Shown: positions 10,268-19,114 of the stretch, piece by piece
Numbering within the stretch: the stretch's first letter is position 1
Layout: each line of letters opens with the position of its first letter
Assembly: GCA_036574205.1 (NCBI GenBank)
Contig: JAINCQ010000017.1
Coordinates: 37,722 to 101,721 of the forward strand
Length of the DNA: 64,000 nt
Direction of reading: 5' to 3'
Source of the DNA: Elusimicrobiota bacterium
Lineage (GTDB): Bacteria > Elusimicrobiota > Elusimicrobia > Elusimicrobiales > UBA9959
The notes under the pieces: generated by a model
Database searches by the model: none
What the model saw: the letters and a program-made list of their open reading frames with translations, nothing else
Told to the model about the DNA's origin: nothing
Program-made: the position numbers and the translations under genes

Positions 10268-11365
10268 ATGAAAATAGCAATTGTGCATGACTGGCTTGTA
10301 ACTTACGCTGGCGCGGAAAGGGTATTAGAGCAAATTGTAGATATTTATCCAGATGCTGATCTTTTTAGTCTCATTGATTTTTTACCTGAAAATAAAAGAT
10401 TTTTTATTAAAAATAAAAAAGTTAAGACTTCTTTTATTCAATATATGCCATTTGCTAAAACTAAATATCGTTCTTATCTTCCATTATTCCCAACTGCAGT
10501 GGAAAGTTTTGATTTGTCTGAATATGATTTAGTGATTTCTTCATCACATTGCGTTGCTAAAGGTGCTAAAGTCCCTGAAAATGCTTTAAGTATTTGTTAT
10601 TTTCATACTCCAGTTCGATATGTCTGGGATATGAGGGAACAATATTTAATTGAATCAAATTTAGACAGGGGCATAAAAAGAATAGTTGCAGATTTTATAC
10701 TTGATTATATTAAAAGATGGGATATAAAAACAATAAATAATTTTAAGTACTATATAGCAAACTCTAATTACATAAAGCAGAGGATATTGAACAACTATAA
10801 AAGGGAATCTTTCGTTATATATCCTCCAGTGGATATTGAAAAATTTAAACTTTGTGATAAAAAAGAAGATTATTATCTTACTGCATCAAGAATGGTACCG
10901 TATAAAAAAATAGATTTAATTGTTAAAGCTTTTTCAAATATGCCTGATAAAAAATTGGTGGTTATTGGAGATGGTCCTGATTTTGATAAAGTTAAAAAAG
11001 TAGCATCTAAAAATATTGAATTATTGGGTTGGCAGGAAGATAATGTATTAAAAGATTATTTGTCTAAAGCTAAAGCTTTTATCTTTGCAGCTGAAGAAGA
11101 TTTTGGTATATTACCTGTAGAGGCACAAGCTTGTGGAACACCAGTAATTGCTTATGGTAAAGGGGGGGCGTTGGAAACAGTTGTGGAAATGGTATCTGGC
11201 ATCTTTTTTAATGAGCAAAGTGTCGTTTCTATTATCAATGCTGTAAATCGTTTTGAGAAAATGTCTTTTAATTATAAAAAAATTAGAGAAAATGCAGAAA
11301 GATTTTCAATAGAAAGATTTAAAAAAGAGTTTAAAGAGTTTGTAGATAATTGTATGAAATTTTGA
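10268..11365 (+). CDS. GT4 family glycosyltransferase (WbaZ-like mannosyltransferase)
   Basis: MKIAIVHDWL...GAERVL, SRMVPYKKID and EEDFGILPVEAQACG motifs. Confidence 0.92.
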   Translation: MKIAIVHDWLVTYAGAERVLEQIVDIYPDADLFSLIDFLPENKRFFIKNKKVKTSFIQYMPFAKTKYRSYLPLFPTAVESFDLSEYDLVISSSHCVAKGAKVPENALSICYFHTPVRYVWDMREQYLIESNLDRGIKRIVADFILDYIKRWDIKTINNFKYYIANSNYIKQRILNNYKRESFVIYPPVDIEKFKLCDKKEDYYLTASRMVPYKKIDLIVKAFSNMPDKKLVVIGDGPDFDKVKKVASKNIELLGWQEDNVLKDYLSKAKAFIFAAEEDFGILPVEAQACGTPVIAYGKGGALETVVEMVSGIFFNEQSVVSIINAVNRFEKMSFNYKKIRENAERFSIERFKKEFKEFVDNCMKF

Positions 11366-11441
11366 ATTGATTTGATGTAAAAATAGTTATGATATTTTTT
11401 AGAAAATTTTATATGTAATCTGTAAGTGTTTGGAGATTAAA

Positions 11442-12125
11442 ATGAAAAGGGTTGTAGTTTTGCCGGGATATAATGTAGAAAAAACGCTTGAAATGACCGT
11501 TAGAAGTATTCCAAATATAGAAAATTATCATTTAATTTTTGTAGATGATGGTTCAACTGACAATACCTATAATGTGGCTTTAAATCTTGGGATTGAAACT
11601 TATAGATTGGAGAAAAATAGTGGTTATGGTGCAAATCAAAAGGTTTGTTACAAAAAGGCTTTAGATAAAGGCGCAGATATTATTATAATGCTTCATCCGG
11701 ATTATCAGTATGAGCCAAAAGTTATTCCGATTATGCACTCTCTAATAGAAGAAGGGATATGCGATGTGGTTTTAGGAAATCGTATAAGGACACGAAAAGA
11801 ATCTATTGAAGGTGGTATGCCTGTTTATAAATATATTTCAAACAGAGTTTTGACAATCTTTGAAAATCTTGTAAGTGGACAGAATCTTGGGGAATGGCAT
11901 TCAGGATTAAGGGCATATTCTTCCAGAGTTTTAAGAACGATCAACTGGGAAAACAACTCAGACGATTTTGCTTTTGATAGCGAATTTCTGTTTCAGTGCG
12001 TAAATGCTGGTTTTAAAATAGGAGATATACCGGTGCCTGTTAAATACTTCAAAGAAGCTTCATCAATAGATTTATTTTTTAAGGGGGATAGTGTATGGCT
12101 CAAAGACTCTTGCTGTTGCTTTTAA
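11442..12125 (+). CDS. GT2 glycosyltransferase (DPM-synthase-like); C-terminus probably frameshifted, true end about 12183
   Basis: VDDGSTD, GYGANQK.CY, LHPDYQY and EWHSGLRAY motifs; GGAG RBS before ATG 11442; a plausible C-terminus lies in another frame after the G5 run at 12083-12087. Confidence 0.85.
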   Translation: MKRVVVLPGYNVEKTLEMTVRSIPNIENYHLIFVDDGSTDNTYNVALNLGIETYRLEKNSGYGANQKVCYKKALDKGADIIIMLHPDYQYEPKVIPIMHSLIEEGICDVVLGNRIRTRKESIEGGMPVYKYISNRVLTIFENLVSGQNLGEWHSGLRAYSSRVLRTINWENNSDDFAFDSEFLFQCVNAGFKIGDIPVPVKYFKEASSIDLFFKGDSVWLKDSCCCF

Positions 12126-12195
12126 ATATTTGTTGTATAAATCTGGAATTTATAAGTCTTCATTATTTGATTTTAAAATATAATAAAATAACTTT

Positions 12196-12948
12196 ATGGT
12201 GAAAATATCGTTTTCAATTATAGGGCATAACGAGGCAGATTTTATTGAGGGATGTTTTGAAAGTTTGAAAGATATTGCTTATGAAATAATATACGTAGAT
12301 TGTCAGAGTAGCGATAATAGTGTTGAAATAGCTAAAAAGTATACTGATAAGATTTTTTATAGAGAAAATAATTTAAATTTAAATGTTAATAAGCAGTTTG
12401 GGATAGAACATTGTATTGGAGATTGGATTTTTTATATTGACCCTGACGAAAGATTAACTGAGGAATTAAAAAAAGAGATATTAAAAGTCCTTGAGGGTAC
12501 TGAGTATAATGGCTTTTTGATTTCAAGAAAAAATTATTATCTTGGAAAATGGATTAAGTATGGGGGAAAATATCCTGATAGACAGTTGAGACTTTTTAAA
12601 AATGGCAAAGGTGTATTTGAGTGTAAGAGTATACATGAGAGGATAAAAGTAGATGGTAAGATAGGATTATTAAAGGAATATTTTGAACATATAGTTGTAA
12701 AAGATTTAAAGCATATGGTAAGTAAGATGGACTCATATATTAATCGTGGGGCAATTGAAATGATAAGGTTAAATAGAAAACCTTCCAGAGTTTTATTTAG
12801 AAGTATTAGAAATTTTTTTATAAATTATTTATTTAAATTTGGATTTTTAGATGGAAAGATAGGTTTTTTTGTCGCATTGATAGATTTATTAAATGGTTTT
12901 TTCTATTATTTTAAAGTAAAAGAAATAGAAGGGAATAAGAGAATATGA
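12196..12948 (+). CDS. GT2 glycosyltransferase (WaaE/KdtX-like LPS core glucosyltransferase)
   Basis: S.DNSVEIAK, WIFYIDPDE, YPDRQLRLF, IHE and GFLDG..G motifs. Confidence 0.88.
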   Translation: MVKISFSIIGHNEADFIEGCFESLKDIAYEIIYVDCQSSDNSVEIAKKYTDKIFYRENNLNLNVNKQFGIEHCIGDWIFYIDPDERLTEELKKEILKVLEGTEYNGFLISRKNYYLGKWIKYGGKYPDRQLRLFKNGKGVFECKSIHERIKVDGKIGLLKEYFEHIVVKDLKHMVSKMDSYINRGAIEMIRLNRKPSRVLFRSIRNFFINYLFKFGFLDGKIGFFVALIDLLNGFFYYFKVKEIEGNKRI

Positions 12949-14147
12949 AAAAAATTTTTGAGTATAGCAAAAAATATCATACTTATTTTTTTTATCTGTT
13001 TGCTATAGCCTCTGCAACTTCAATATCAGCTATGACTGCGCTTCTTTTTATTTTCTTGCTTTTTTATTTCTTGAATCTAAAGGAAAGTTTTAAAAATTCG
13101 CCAAAAGATTTTTTATATTTTGTCGGTTTTTATATTTGGCATGCAATAAGCGATATTTTAAATGGTGTTTTTTCAGAAGTTTTTACTTCTTTAAATAATA
13201 TATGGGATAAAATTCCTTATGTTTCTGGTTCTGCTTTGAAGATAGATAAAGAAAAGGTATTAAATTTTTTAAAAATACTTTTGTGGGTTAATGTTTTTAT
13301 AATAGTTTATGCTCTACTCCAAAAGTATGCTGGCTTTCCGGTGATTGTAAAAAGACTTTTTACGGAGGATATGTTAAGATTCAAGGGGTATCATTCACAT
13401 CCTTTGAGATTTGCTGGATATCTTTCAACAGTCTGCGTTATTGGTATATCTTTTGGAATTTTTTATTCTAAAAAATTTTTAATTCCTTCTTTGGTAGTTC
13501 TTTGTGGAATTATATTGAATGGATCAAGGAGTTACTGGTTTAGCGTTGTTTTAACAATTTTAATCCTTTCGCTATTTAGGTCTTTTAAAACATTTATTTT
13601 TTATTTTATTATTGTTTCAGTTTTTTGGGGAAGTTTTTATCTGGTCTTCCCTGAATTAAAATTGAGGGTTAATACAGCTTTTAATTCCCCTAAAACAATG
13701 GAGATGTCAAACATGTCATTAAGAATTAATTTCTGGAAAGCCGGGATTGAGATATTTGAAAAAAATCCAATTTATGGCACTGGTAAAGGGACGATAACTC
13801 ATTATTTAAAACCTTATTTTGAAAAAGGCTTGATTGATAACACTGCTCACTGTCATAACAGTTATATAACCTCAGCTGCTGAAACTGGAATAATTGGAGT
13901 TGGATTTTTTGTTTTTATTATTTTTTATTTTTTAAGAAAGTATCTTAAAGTAGCAAGAGAATTTAATGAAGATTTTTATAAAGCATTTTATTATTCTCTT
14001 TTTGGTGGGTGGCTTAATGTAGCTTTAAGCGGTTTTTTTGAGTCTAACTTCTCTACCTTTGTCTTGTGGGGTTTTTTAAGTGTCTGGATGGGAATTGGTC
14101 AGGTTTTGCTTTTAAATGAGAATATAGATATTATTAGTAAAAAATAA
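12945..14147 (+). CDS. O-antigen ligase family protein (WaaL-like)
   Basis: Polytopic; NGSRS, R..FW..G...F..NP..G.G and HCHNSYI..AAETGIIG motifs. Confidence 0.85.
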   Translation: MKKIFEYSKKYHTYFFYLFAIASATSISAMTALLFIFLLFYFLNLKESFKNSPKDFLYFVGFYIWHAISDILNGVFSEVFTSLNNIWDKIPYVSGSALKIDKEKVLNFLKILLWVNVFIIVYALLQKYAGFPVIVKRLFTEDMLRFKGYHSHPLRFAGYLSTVCVIGISFGIFYSKKFLIPSLVVLCGIILNGSRSYWFSVVLTILILSLFRSFKTFIFYFIIVSVFWGSFYLVFPELKLRVNTAFNSPKTMEMSNMSLRINFWKAGIEIFEKNPIYGTGKGTITHYLKPYFEKGLIDNTAHCHNSYITSAAETGIIGVGFFVFIIFYFLRKYLKVAREFNEDFYKAFYYSLFGGWLNVALSGFFESNFSTFVLWGFLSVWMGIGQVLLLNENIDIISKK

Positions 14148-14182
14148 ATTTTCTTAACGAGCGCCTTCTTGTTTTATTACTG
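14148..14182. repeat. 35-bp direct repeat, orphan copy of the wbaP 3' end; identical to 15492-15526
   Basis: attttcttaacgagcgccttcttgttttattactg occurs at both 14148 and 15492. Confidence 0.95.
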
Positions 14183-14290
14183 ATTTATTTTAAAAAGTGT
14201 TTTAATTATTAAAAAAGGCATTTTGTTAGACTTTTTTAGTGGGCCATAAATAACGAGTGTAACAAATTAATAAAAACAAATAGTTGGTAT

Positions 14291-14346
14291 TTTTAGTGAA
14301 TTAACTCACCAAAAGTATTGACTTTTTGTGAATTAATTTGTATTCT
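14291..14346 (+). promoter_or_regulatory. Sigma70-type leaderless promoter with overlapping palindromic operator
   Basis: TTGACT (14318-23), 17 nt, TATTCT (14341-46), 6 nt, ATG; palindrome TTTTAGTGAATTAACTCACCAAAA at 14291-14314 and repeated half-site GTGAATTAA at 14328. Confidence 0.7.
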
Positions 14347-14352
14347 ATTTTT

Positions 14353-15477
14353 ATGCTACTAAAAAGAATTATACAAGATAAAATTGAGAAATTAATGTTT
14401 AGGGGTAAGGTAATAATAGTTTATGGTCCCAGACAGGTTGGTAAAACTACCCTTATTAAACAAATAGAAAAAAAATATGAAGATATTTCTTTATATTTAA
14501 ACTGTGATGAACCGGATATACAGGAAATTTTTTCTAAAACATCTACGCAAATCAAAAGTTTTTTTGGAAATAAAAGATTGATATTAATTGATGAGGCTCA
14601 GCAGATAAAAAATATTGGGCAATTTTTAAAGCTTGTTAGCGATAATTTCAAAGAGATACAAATTATTGTTACAGGCTCATCATCTTTTGAATTGTCAGAA
14701 AAGATTATAGAGCCACTTACTGGTAGAAAATATGAATTTGTCCTTTATCCTCTATCGCTTGTAGAATTAAAACAATTGTATTCAGATCTGGAAATTAAAA
14801 GATTGGTTGAAGAGTTTATGATTTATGGGATGTACCCTGAAATACTTTTAAACTCGCAGGAAAGGGAAATAAATCTTAAATCAATAGCCAGAAGTTATTC
14901 TTATAAAGATGTGTTAAAGTTTCAGAATATAAAAAATCCAGAGGTTTTAGATAAACTTTTGAAAGCTCTGGCTCTTCAAATAGGAAATGAGGTGTCTTAT
15001 AATGAACTTGCTCAAATAGTAGGAGTAGATAAAAATACTGTTTCGTCTTATCTTCAAATATTGGAGAAAGCGTTTATAATTTATAGAATTGGTCCTTTTA
15101 GTAGAAATATTAGAAATGAGATTAAAAAATTAAGAAAAGTATTTTTCCTTGATACAGGAATAAGGAATGCTCTTATAAATAATTTAAATGATTTGAGTAT
15201 TAGAAATGATGTTGGAAATTTATGGGAAAATTTCTGGATAATTGAAAGAATAAAATATCTTGAGTATTTTAATTATGGAGCAAATTATTATTATTGGAGA
15301 ACAAAACAGGGACAGGAAATAGATTTTTTAGAAGAATATGATGGTAAAATACATGCTTATGAGTTAAAGTGGAAATCATCTAAAATTAAAATCCCATCTT
15401 TATTTGTTGAAAATTACAAAGAATCAGAATTTAATGTAGTAAATAGGGAAAATTTTCTTGATTTTTTTAAACTTTAA
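14353..15477 (+). CDS. AAA_14 ATPase with DUF4143 (COG1373), copy 3
   Basis: GPRQVGKTT, LIDEAQ, TGSSS, EPLTGRK, G.LWENF, YYWRT..GQEIDFLEE...YELKW; start set at ATG 14353 behind TTGACT-17-TATTCT. Confidence 0.9.
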   Translation: MLLKRIIQDKIEKLMFRGKVIIVYGPRQVGKTTLIKQIEKKYEDISLYLNCDEPDIQEIFSKTSTQIKSFFGNKRLILIDEAQQIKNIGQFLKLVSDNFKEIQIIVTGSSSFELSEKIIEPLTGRKYEFVLYPLSLVELKQLYSDLEIKRLVEEFMIYGMYPEILLNSQEREINLKSIARSYSYKDVLKFQNIKNPEVLDKLLKALALQIGNEVSYNELAQIVGVDKNTVSSYLQILEKAFIIYRIGPFSRNIRNEIKKLRKVFFLDTGIRNALINNLNDLSIRNDVGNLWENFWIIERIKYLEYFNYGANYYYWRTKQGQEIDFLEEYDGKIHAYELKWKSSKIKIPSLFVENYKESEFNVVNRENFLDFFKL

Positions 15478-15497
15478 TAATATATGTTAGTATTTTC

Positions 15498-16922
15498 TTA
15501 ACGAGCGCCTTCTTGTTTTATTACTGCTTTTATAGTTTTTAGTAATATTACAATATCAAGCCATAGATTCCAGTTTTTCACATACCAGCTGTCCAATAAT
15601 ACTCTGTACTCATATGATACACTACTTCTTCCACTTACCTGCCATAGTCCTGTTATTCCCGGAGGAACTTTGAAATAATAATCTGCGTTTTCTTTATAGT
15701 ACTCATCTATTTCTCTTTGAACTACTGGTCTTGGGCCTACTAAAGACATCTCTCCTTTTAAAATATTGAATATTTGAGGGATTTCGTCAAGCGATGTTTT
15801 TCTCAAAAATTTGCCAATTGGAGTTATTCTCGGGTCATCATTAAGCTTCCAGTATGTTTCCCATTCTTTTTTCTTTTCAGGGTCGCTTTCAAGGATTTCT
15901 TTAAGTTTTTCATCAGCATCTTTATACATAGTTCTAAATTTGTAGCAGTTAAATTCTTTACCATTTTTCCCTATTCTTTTGTGAGAGTATATAATACTTC
16001 CTTCACTTGTAAACTTTATTAGTATTGCTATTATAATAATTATCGGGAGTATCAAAAAAAATATTAAAATTGAAAAAATGTAATCTATGACTCTTTTTGT
16101 TATATAGTTTGTAATATTTGAAAGATTGTTTTTTATTTCAAAAGCTATTGTTTGCTGATTGAAAAAATATTTTATTTCAGTCCCATATGCAGCTATGCCT
16201 TTTATGTCTGGAACATATATAACATTTTCAGCTTTATGTTGTATTCTGTTTATAAATGATGAGAGATCTTTACTTGAAAAATCCTCTTTTGCAATAATAA
16301 CATCTGTTATGTGAGCAATTTTTATATAGCTTTCTATTTTGTTTAGACCGGAATGAATTTTGTTGCCTTCAATTTCTTTTTTTGTTTTAAGATCATCTAT
16401 AAAACCGGAGATTTTATAACATAAATTTGGTTCATTTTTTATTGACTGATATATGCTTTCAGCAAGGGTTGAACTTCCTATTATAAGCGCTTTTTTTATA
16501 AATAACCCGCTTTTATAAAGAAGTTTTCTTATTGGTAATCTTATTGCAGGAAATAGTAAAATTAAGAGAACATTATAGGTTATTATAAGTGTTCTGGAAT
16601 AAACGGTGGATATTTTGCCTATAAAAAATATAAATAATATTATTATGGCAGCTATGGTTATAGATTCAATTATGTTTTTTATCTCATCCCAGAAGGGGAA
16701 GGTTTTATTGTAGAGTTTTTTGTAAAAGAATATTATGATGTATATTACAAAAATCCAGATATAGTTAATCGTTTTATGATGAAATGGAGGTAGAGTTAAA
16801 AAATGAGGGAGGATATAAATTCTTATGGCTTTTGCAGCCTCAAAAATCACTAATAGTAAAAGAATATCCGCAAATAATAAAATTATTGTAGCTAAATTTT
16901 TTTTTAGTTTGGTAATGTTCAC
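15498..16922 (-). CDS. wbaP: Undecaprenyl-phosphate (galactose) phosphotransferase
   Basis: N-terminal TMs, Rossmann-like linker, C-terminal Bac_transf domain (KFRTM, DDPRIT..GKFLRKTSLDE.PQ..N...GEMSLVGPRP, PGITGLWQVSGRS). Confidence 0.92.
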   Translation of the reverse strand: MNITKLKKNLATIILLFADILLLLVIFEAAKAIRIYILPHFLTLPPFHHKTINYIWIFVIYIIIFFYKKLYNKTFPFWDEIKNIIESITIAAIIILFIFFIGKISTVYSRTLIITYNVLLILLFPAIRLPIRKLLYKSGLFIKKALIIGSSTLAESIYQSIKNEPNLCYKISGFIDDLKTKKEIEGNKIHSGLNKIESYIKIAHITDVIIAKEDFSSKDLSSFINRIQHKAENVIYVPDIKGIAAYGTEIKYFFNQQTIAFEIKNNLSNITNYITKRVIDYIFSILIFFLILPIIIIIAILIKFTSEGSIIYSHKRIGKNGKEFNCYKFRTMYKDADEKLKEILESDPEKKKEWETYWKLNDDPRITPIGKFLRKTSLDEIPQIFNILKGEMSLVGPRPVVQREIDEYYKENADYYFKVPPGITGLWQVSGRSSVSYEYRVLLDSWYVKNWNLWLDIVILLKTIKAVIKQEGAR

Positions 16923-17028
16923 AGTATAATATTATACAAAATAGACAAATATAGCTTATACTTTTGTTTTTTGCTATTTTTGCAGTAAGTCTTAAAAGGT
17001 TATTGTTTTATTGCTAAAATTTATTTAT

Positions 17029-18546
17029 ATGAAGGTATTATCTTTTTTCTTTTTGCTTACAGCAAGTAGTTTCGCGGTGGATATTGATTATGATGGATAT
17101 AAAACCTATATATGTGATGAGATAAAAAAGCCATTTTTTAGGTATATAGAAGAAAACGGGGAAAAATATGCAGTTCCAAATAGAAGCTTTAGCTCAAATT
17201 TCAAGATACCTCTTATTAAAACAAACAAAAAGAGAATTTTTATTTTGGGAGAATCTATTGCTCAAATACTGCTTTCTCCACAATCAGAATATTTTTCTGT
17301 GGAAAATTATGAGTGGTTTAATCTTGGTATGGGGGCATATGATAGTCAGAGGATAAAAAATGTTTTAGAAGAATCTATCGTTCTTAAGCCAGATATAGTA
17401 ATTATATTAAGTGGTAATAATGAGTTTTTAAATGAAGGACGATGTGGAAAAAAAATTTTAAGTGGATTTATAAATTCTATTTCAAAAGATATAAATCATA
17501 ATTATCTGGAAAACATAAGAAGACATAAAAAAATATTAAAAGAAATGGTTGAGATAGCTTCAAAAAATAATATAAAACTGGCTTTTACAACTGTCCCTCA
17601 AAATCTCTTAATGCCACCTAAGGGCGTTTTGCCTTTAAATTCAGAGCTCATAAAGGCAATCAATTTAATAAGTTTAAAAAAATACGATATTGCCTTTAGT
17701 TTAATTGAGAAAATAAAAGGGCTGGATAATAATCCTTTTCTGGATTATTATGCAGGAGTTGTTTTGTATAATACTAAAAATTATTCAAAAGCATTTGAGC
17801 GTTTAAATAAAGCAATTAGAGAAGAAATAATGATTGATAGATCAGATGATATAAGAAATGATATGATAAAAAAAACAGCTATGGAAAGTGGGATATGTAT
17901 AATAGATCTTGACGGATATTTTAAAAAAATTTCAAATAATATAATAATAAATCCTGACTATTTTGCGGATTATGTCCACTGGTTTAAGACGCTGAATCCA
18001 TCTATTCATAGGTTTATTTTTAATGAACTTGAAGAATGTAGATATATTAAACATATAGACTCAAGAGAAATAGATATTAAAGGTTATCTTACTCAGAATG
18101 AGATTGATAGTATTCTTTTATATACTGTGGCTTATATGCCAACTTTGAAAGAAAATGATTTTTTTGATGAAAGGATAATTTATATGCTTGATAGGTTTAT
18201 AAAAATGAATAAAAAAGATTGGAGATATTATTTGGATAGAAGAAAATTTAATATGAAAATCAGAAATTCAATGTGGGTTAAATTAGAGGGTGATGATGAA
18301 TTGTATGATAATTTTTTAATATATTTAGCTGAGGTATATAGACGAAATAAAAAAAATAATATAGCCCTGTCAATTATTGATTTGGTAGATGGTTTTTATT
18401 CTAAGAAATTATTGGTTAAAGGTCTTAGTCTTAAAGAATCTGGAAAGGAAAAAGAGTTTTTAGATTTTTGCCGTGATAATTATGCATATCTTCATTTATA
18501 TAAGAATATTATGGAAAATTATTCTTCTCAATGTCATCTCCCATAA
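17029..18546 (+). CDS. Secreted SGNH/GDSL-like hydrolase with TPR-like segment
   Basis: Signal peptide; IFILGES, N.G.G, GNNE and D.VH blocks; helical TPR-like region. Confidence 0.6.
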   Translation: MKVLSFFFLLTASSFAVDIDYDGYKTYICDEIKKPFFRYIEENGEKYAVPNRSFSSNFKIPLIKTNKKRIFILGESIAQILLSPQSEYFSVENYEWFNLGMGAYDSQRIKNVLEESIVLKPDIVIILSGNNEFLNEGRCGKKILSGFINSISKDINHNYLENIRRHKKILKEMVEIASKNNIKLAFTTVPQNLLMPPKGVLPLNSELIKAINLISLKKYDIAFSLIEKIKGLDNNPFLDYYAGVVLYNTKNYSKAFERLNKAIREEIMIDRSDDIRNDMIKKTAMESGICIIDLDGYFKKISNNIIINPDYFADYVHWFKTLNPSIHRFIFNELEECRYIKHIDSREIDIKGYLTQNEIDSILLYTVAYMPTLKENDFFDERIIYMLDRFIKMNKKDWRYYLDRRKFNMKIRNSMWVKLEGDDELYDNFLIYLAEVYRRNKKNNIALSIIDLVDGFYSKKLLVKGLSLKESGKEKEFLDFCRDNYAYLHLYKNIMENYSSQCHLP

Positions 18547-18643
18547 TTAATAATCTAAGGAATAAATTTTAGTTTAAATTTCCAATTCTGCAATTATTTA
18601 AACAGAAGTAGTTCTTTATATAAAAAATAACAGGAAATAAAAA

Positions 18644-18660
18644 TGCCCGGTATAGGACTT
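18644..18660 (-). repeat. Duplicate of the last 17 nt of tRNA-Val (att-like)
   Basis: tgcccggtataggactt is identical to 19115-19131, and the adjacent aaataaaaa is shared too. Confidence 0.9.
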
Positions 18661-18746
18661 GCCTACAAATAAATTTTGCTCACCGCAAAATTTTTTGCAG
18701 GCCGCCCCTCGCAAAACTTTATGTTTAAGTTTTGGTGCAACCTTTC
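18661..18746 (-). repeat. tRNA-associated structured element A (variant copy)
   Basis: Reverse complement ...GTTTTGCGAGGGGCGGCCTGCAAAAAATTTTGCGGTGAGCAAAATTTATTTGTAGGC is homologous to 55861-55946. Confidence 0.85.
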
Positions 18747-18824
18747 CAACCTCGCAGGTTGTCCGCTGACTCATCTGCTAACTATAATTTCAACCTCGTA
18801 GGTTGTCCTGAGGTTTTGCAAATT

Positions 18825-18985
18825 CCCTCTCCTTTCTTGGAGAGGGTTGGGGTGAGGAGACTTAGTTTTTCACCTCACCTTAATCCTCTCCCATCAAGGG
18901 AGAGGAAATATAAGTATCAGCAAGGAGATTTAATTATTTCACCATCATCCTGCACCTTCCTACATCAAGGGGTAAGGGATTTTAA
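18825..18985 (-). repeat. REP-like palindrome module without nuclease gene; homologous to 56348-56511
   Basis: Contains cctctcccatcaagggagagg, a degenerate ccttcctacatcaaggggtaagg and ccctctcctttcttggagagggttggggtgagg. Confidence 0.9.
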
Positions 18986-19002
18986 TATCGGGGGGATTCT
19001 TT

Positions 19003-19092
19003 TGCAGATAAAATTTTATCACCGAAAATTTTTTTCAAGGCCATGCCCCTCGCAAAACTGTATGTCAATGTTTTGCTGCGGGCTTTCAAGTC
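19003..19092 (-). repeat. tRNA-associated structured element A (degenerate copy)
   Basis: Reverse complement GACTTGAAAGCCCGCAGCAAAACATTGACATACAGTTTTGCGAGGGGC... matches 55856 onward. Confidence 0.85.
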
Positions 19093-19114
19093 TGGCAATC
19101 TAAAAAAATAAAAA

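Noticed and set aside
18732..19103. 123-aa ORF in the tRNA-Val flank
   Set aside because: Composed entirely of repeat modules; the SPHLNPLPSRER-type translation is just the palindrome.
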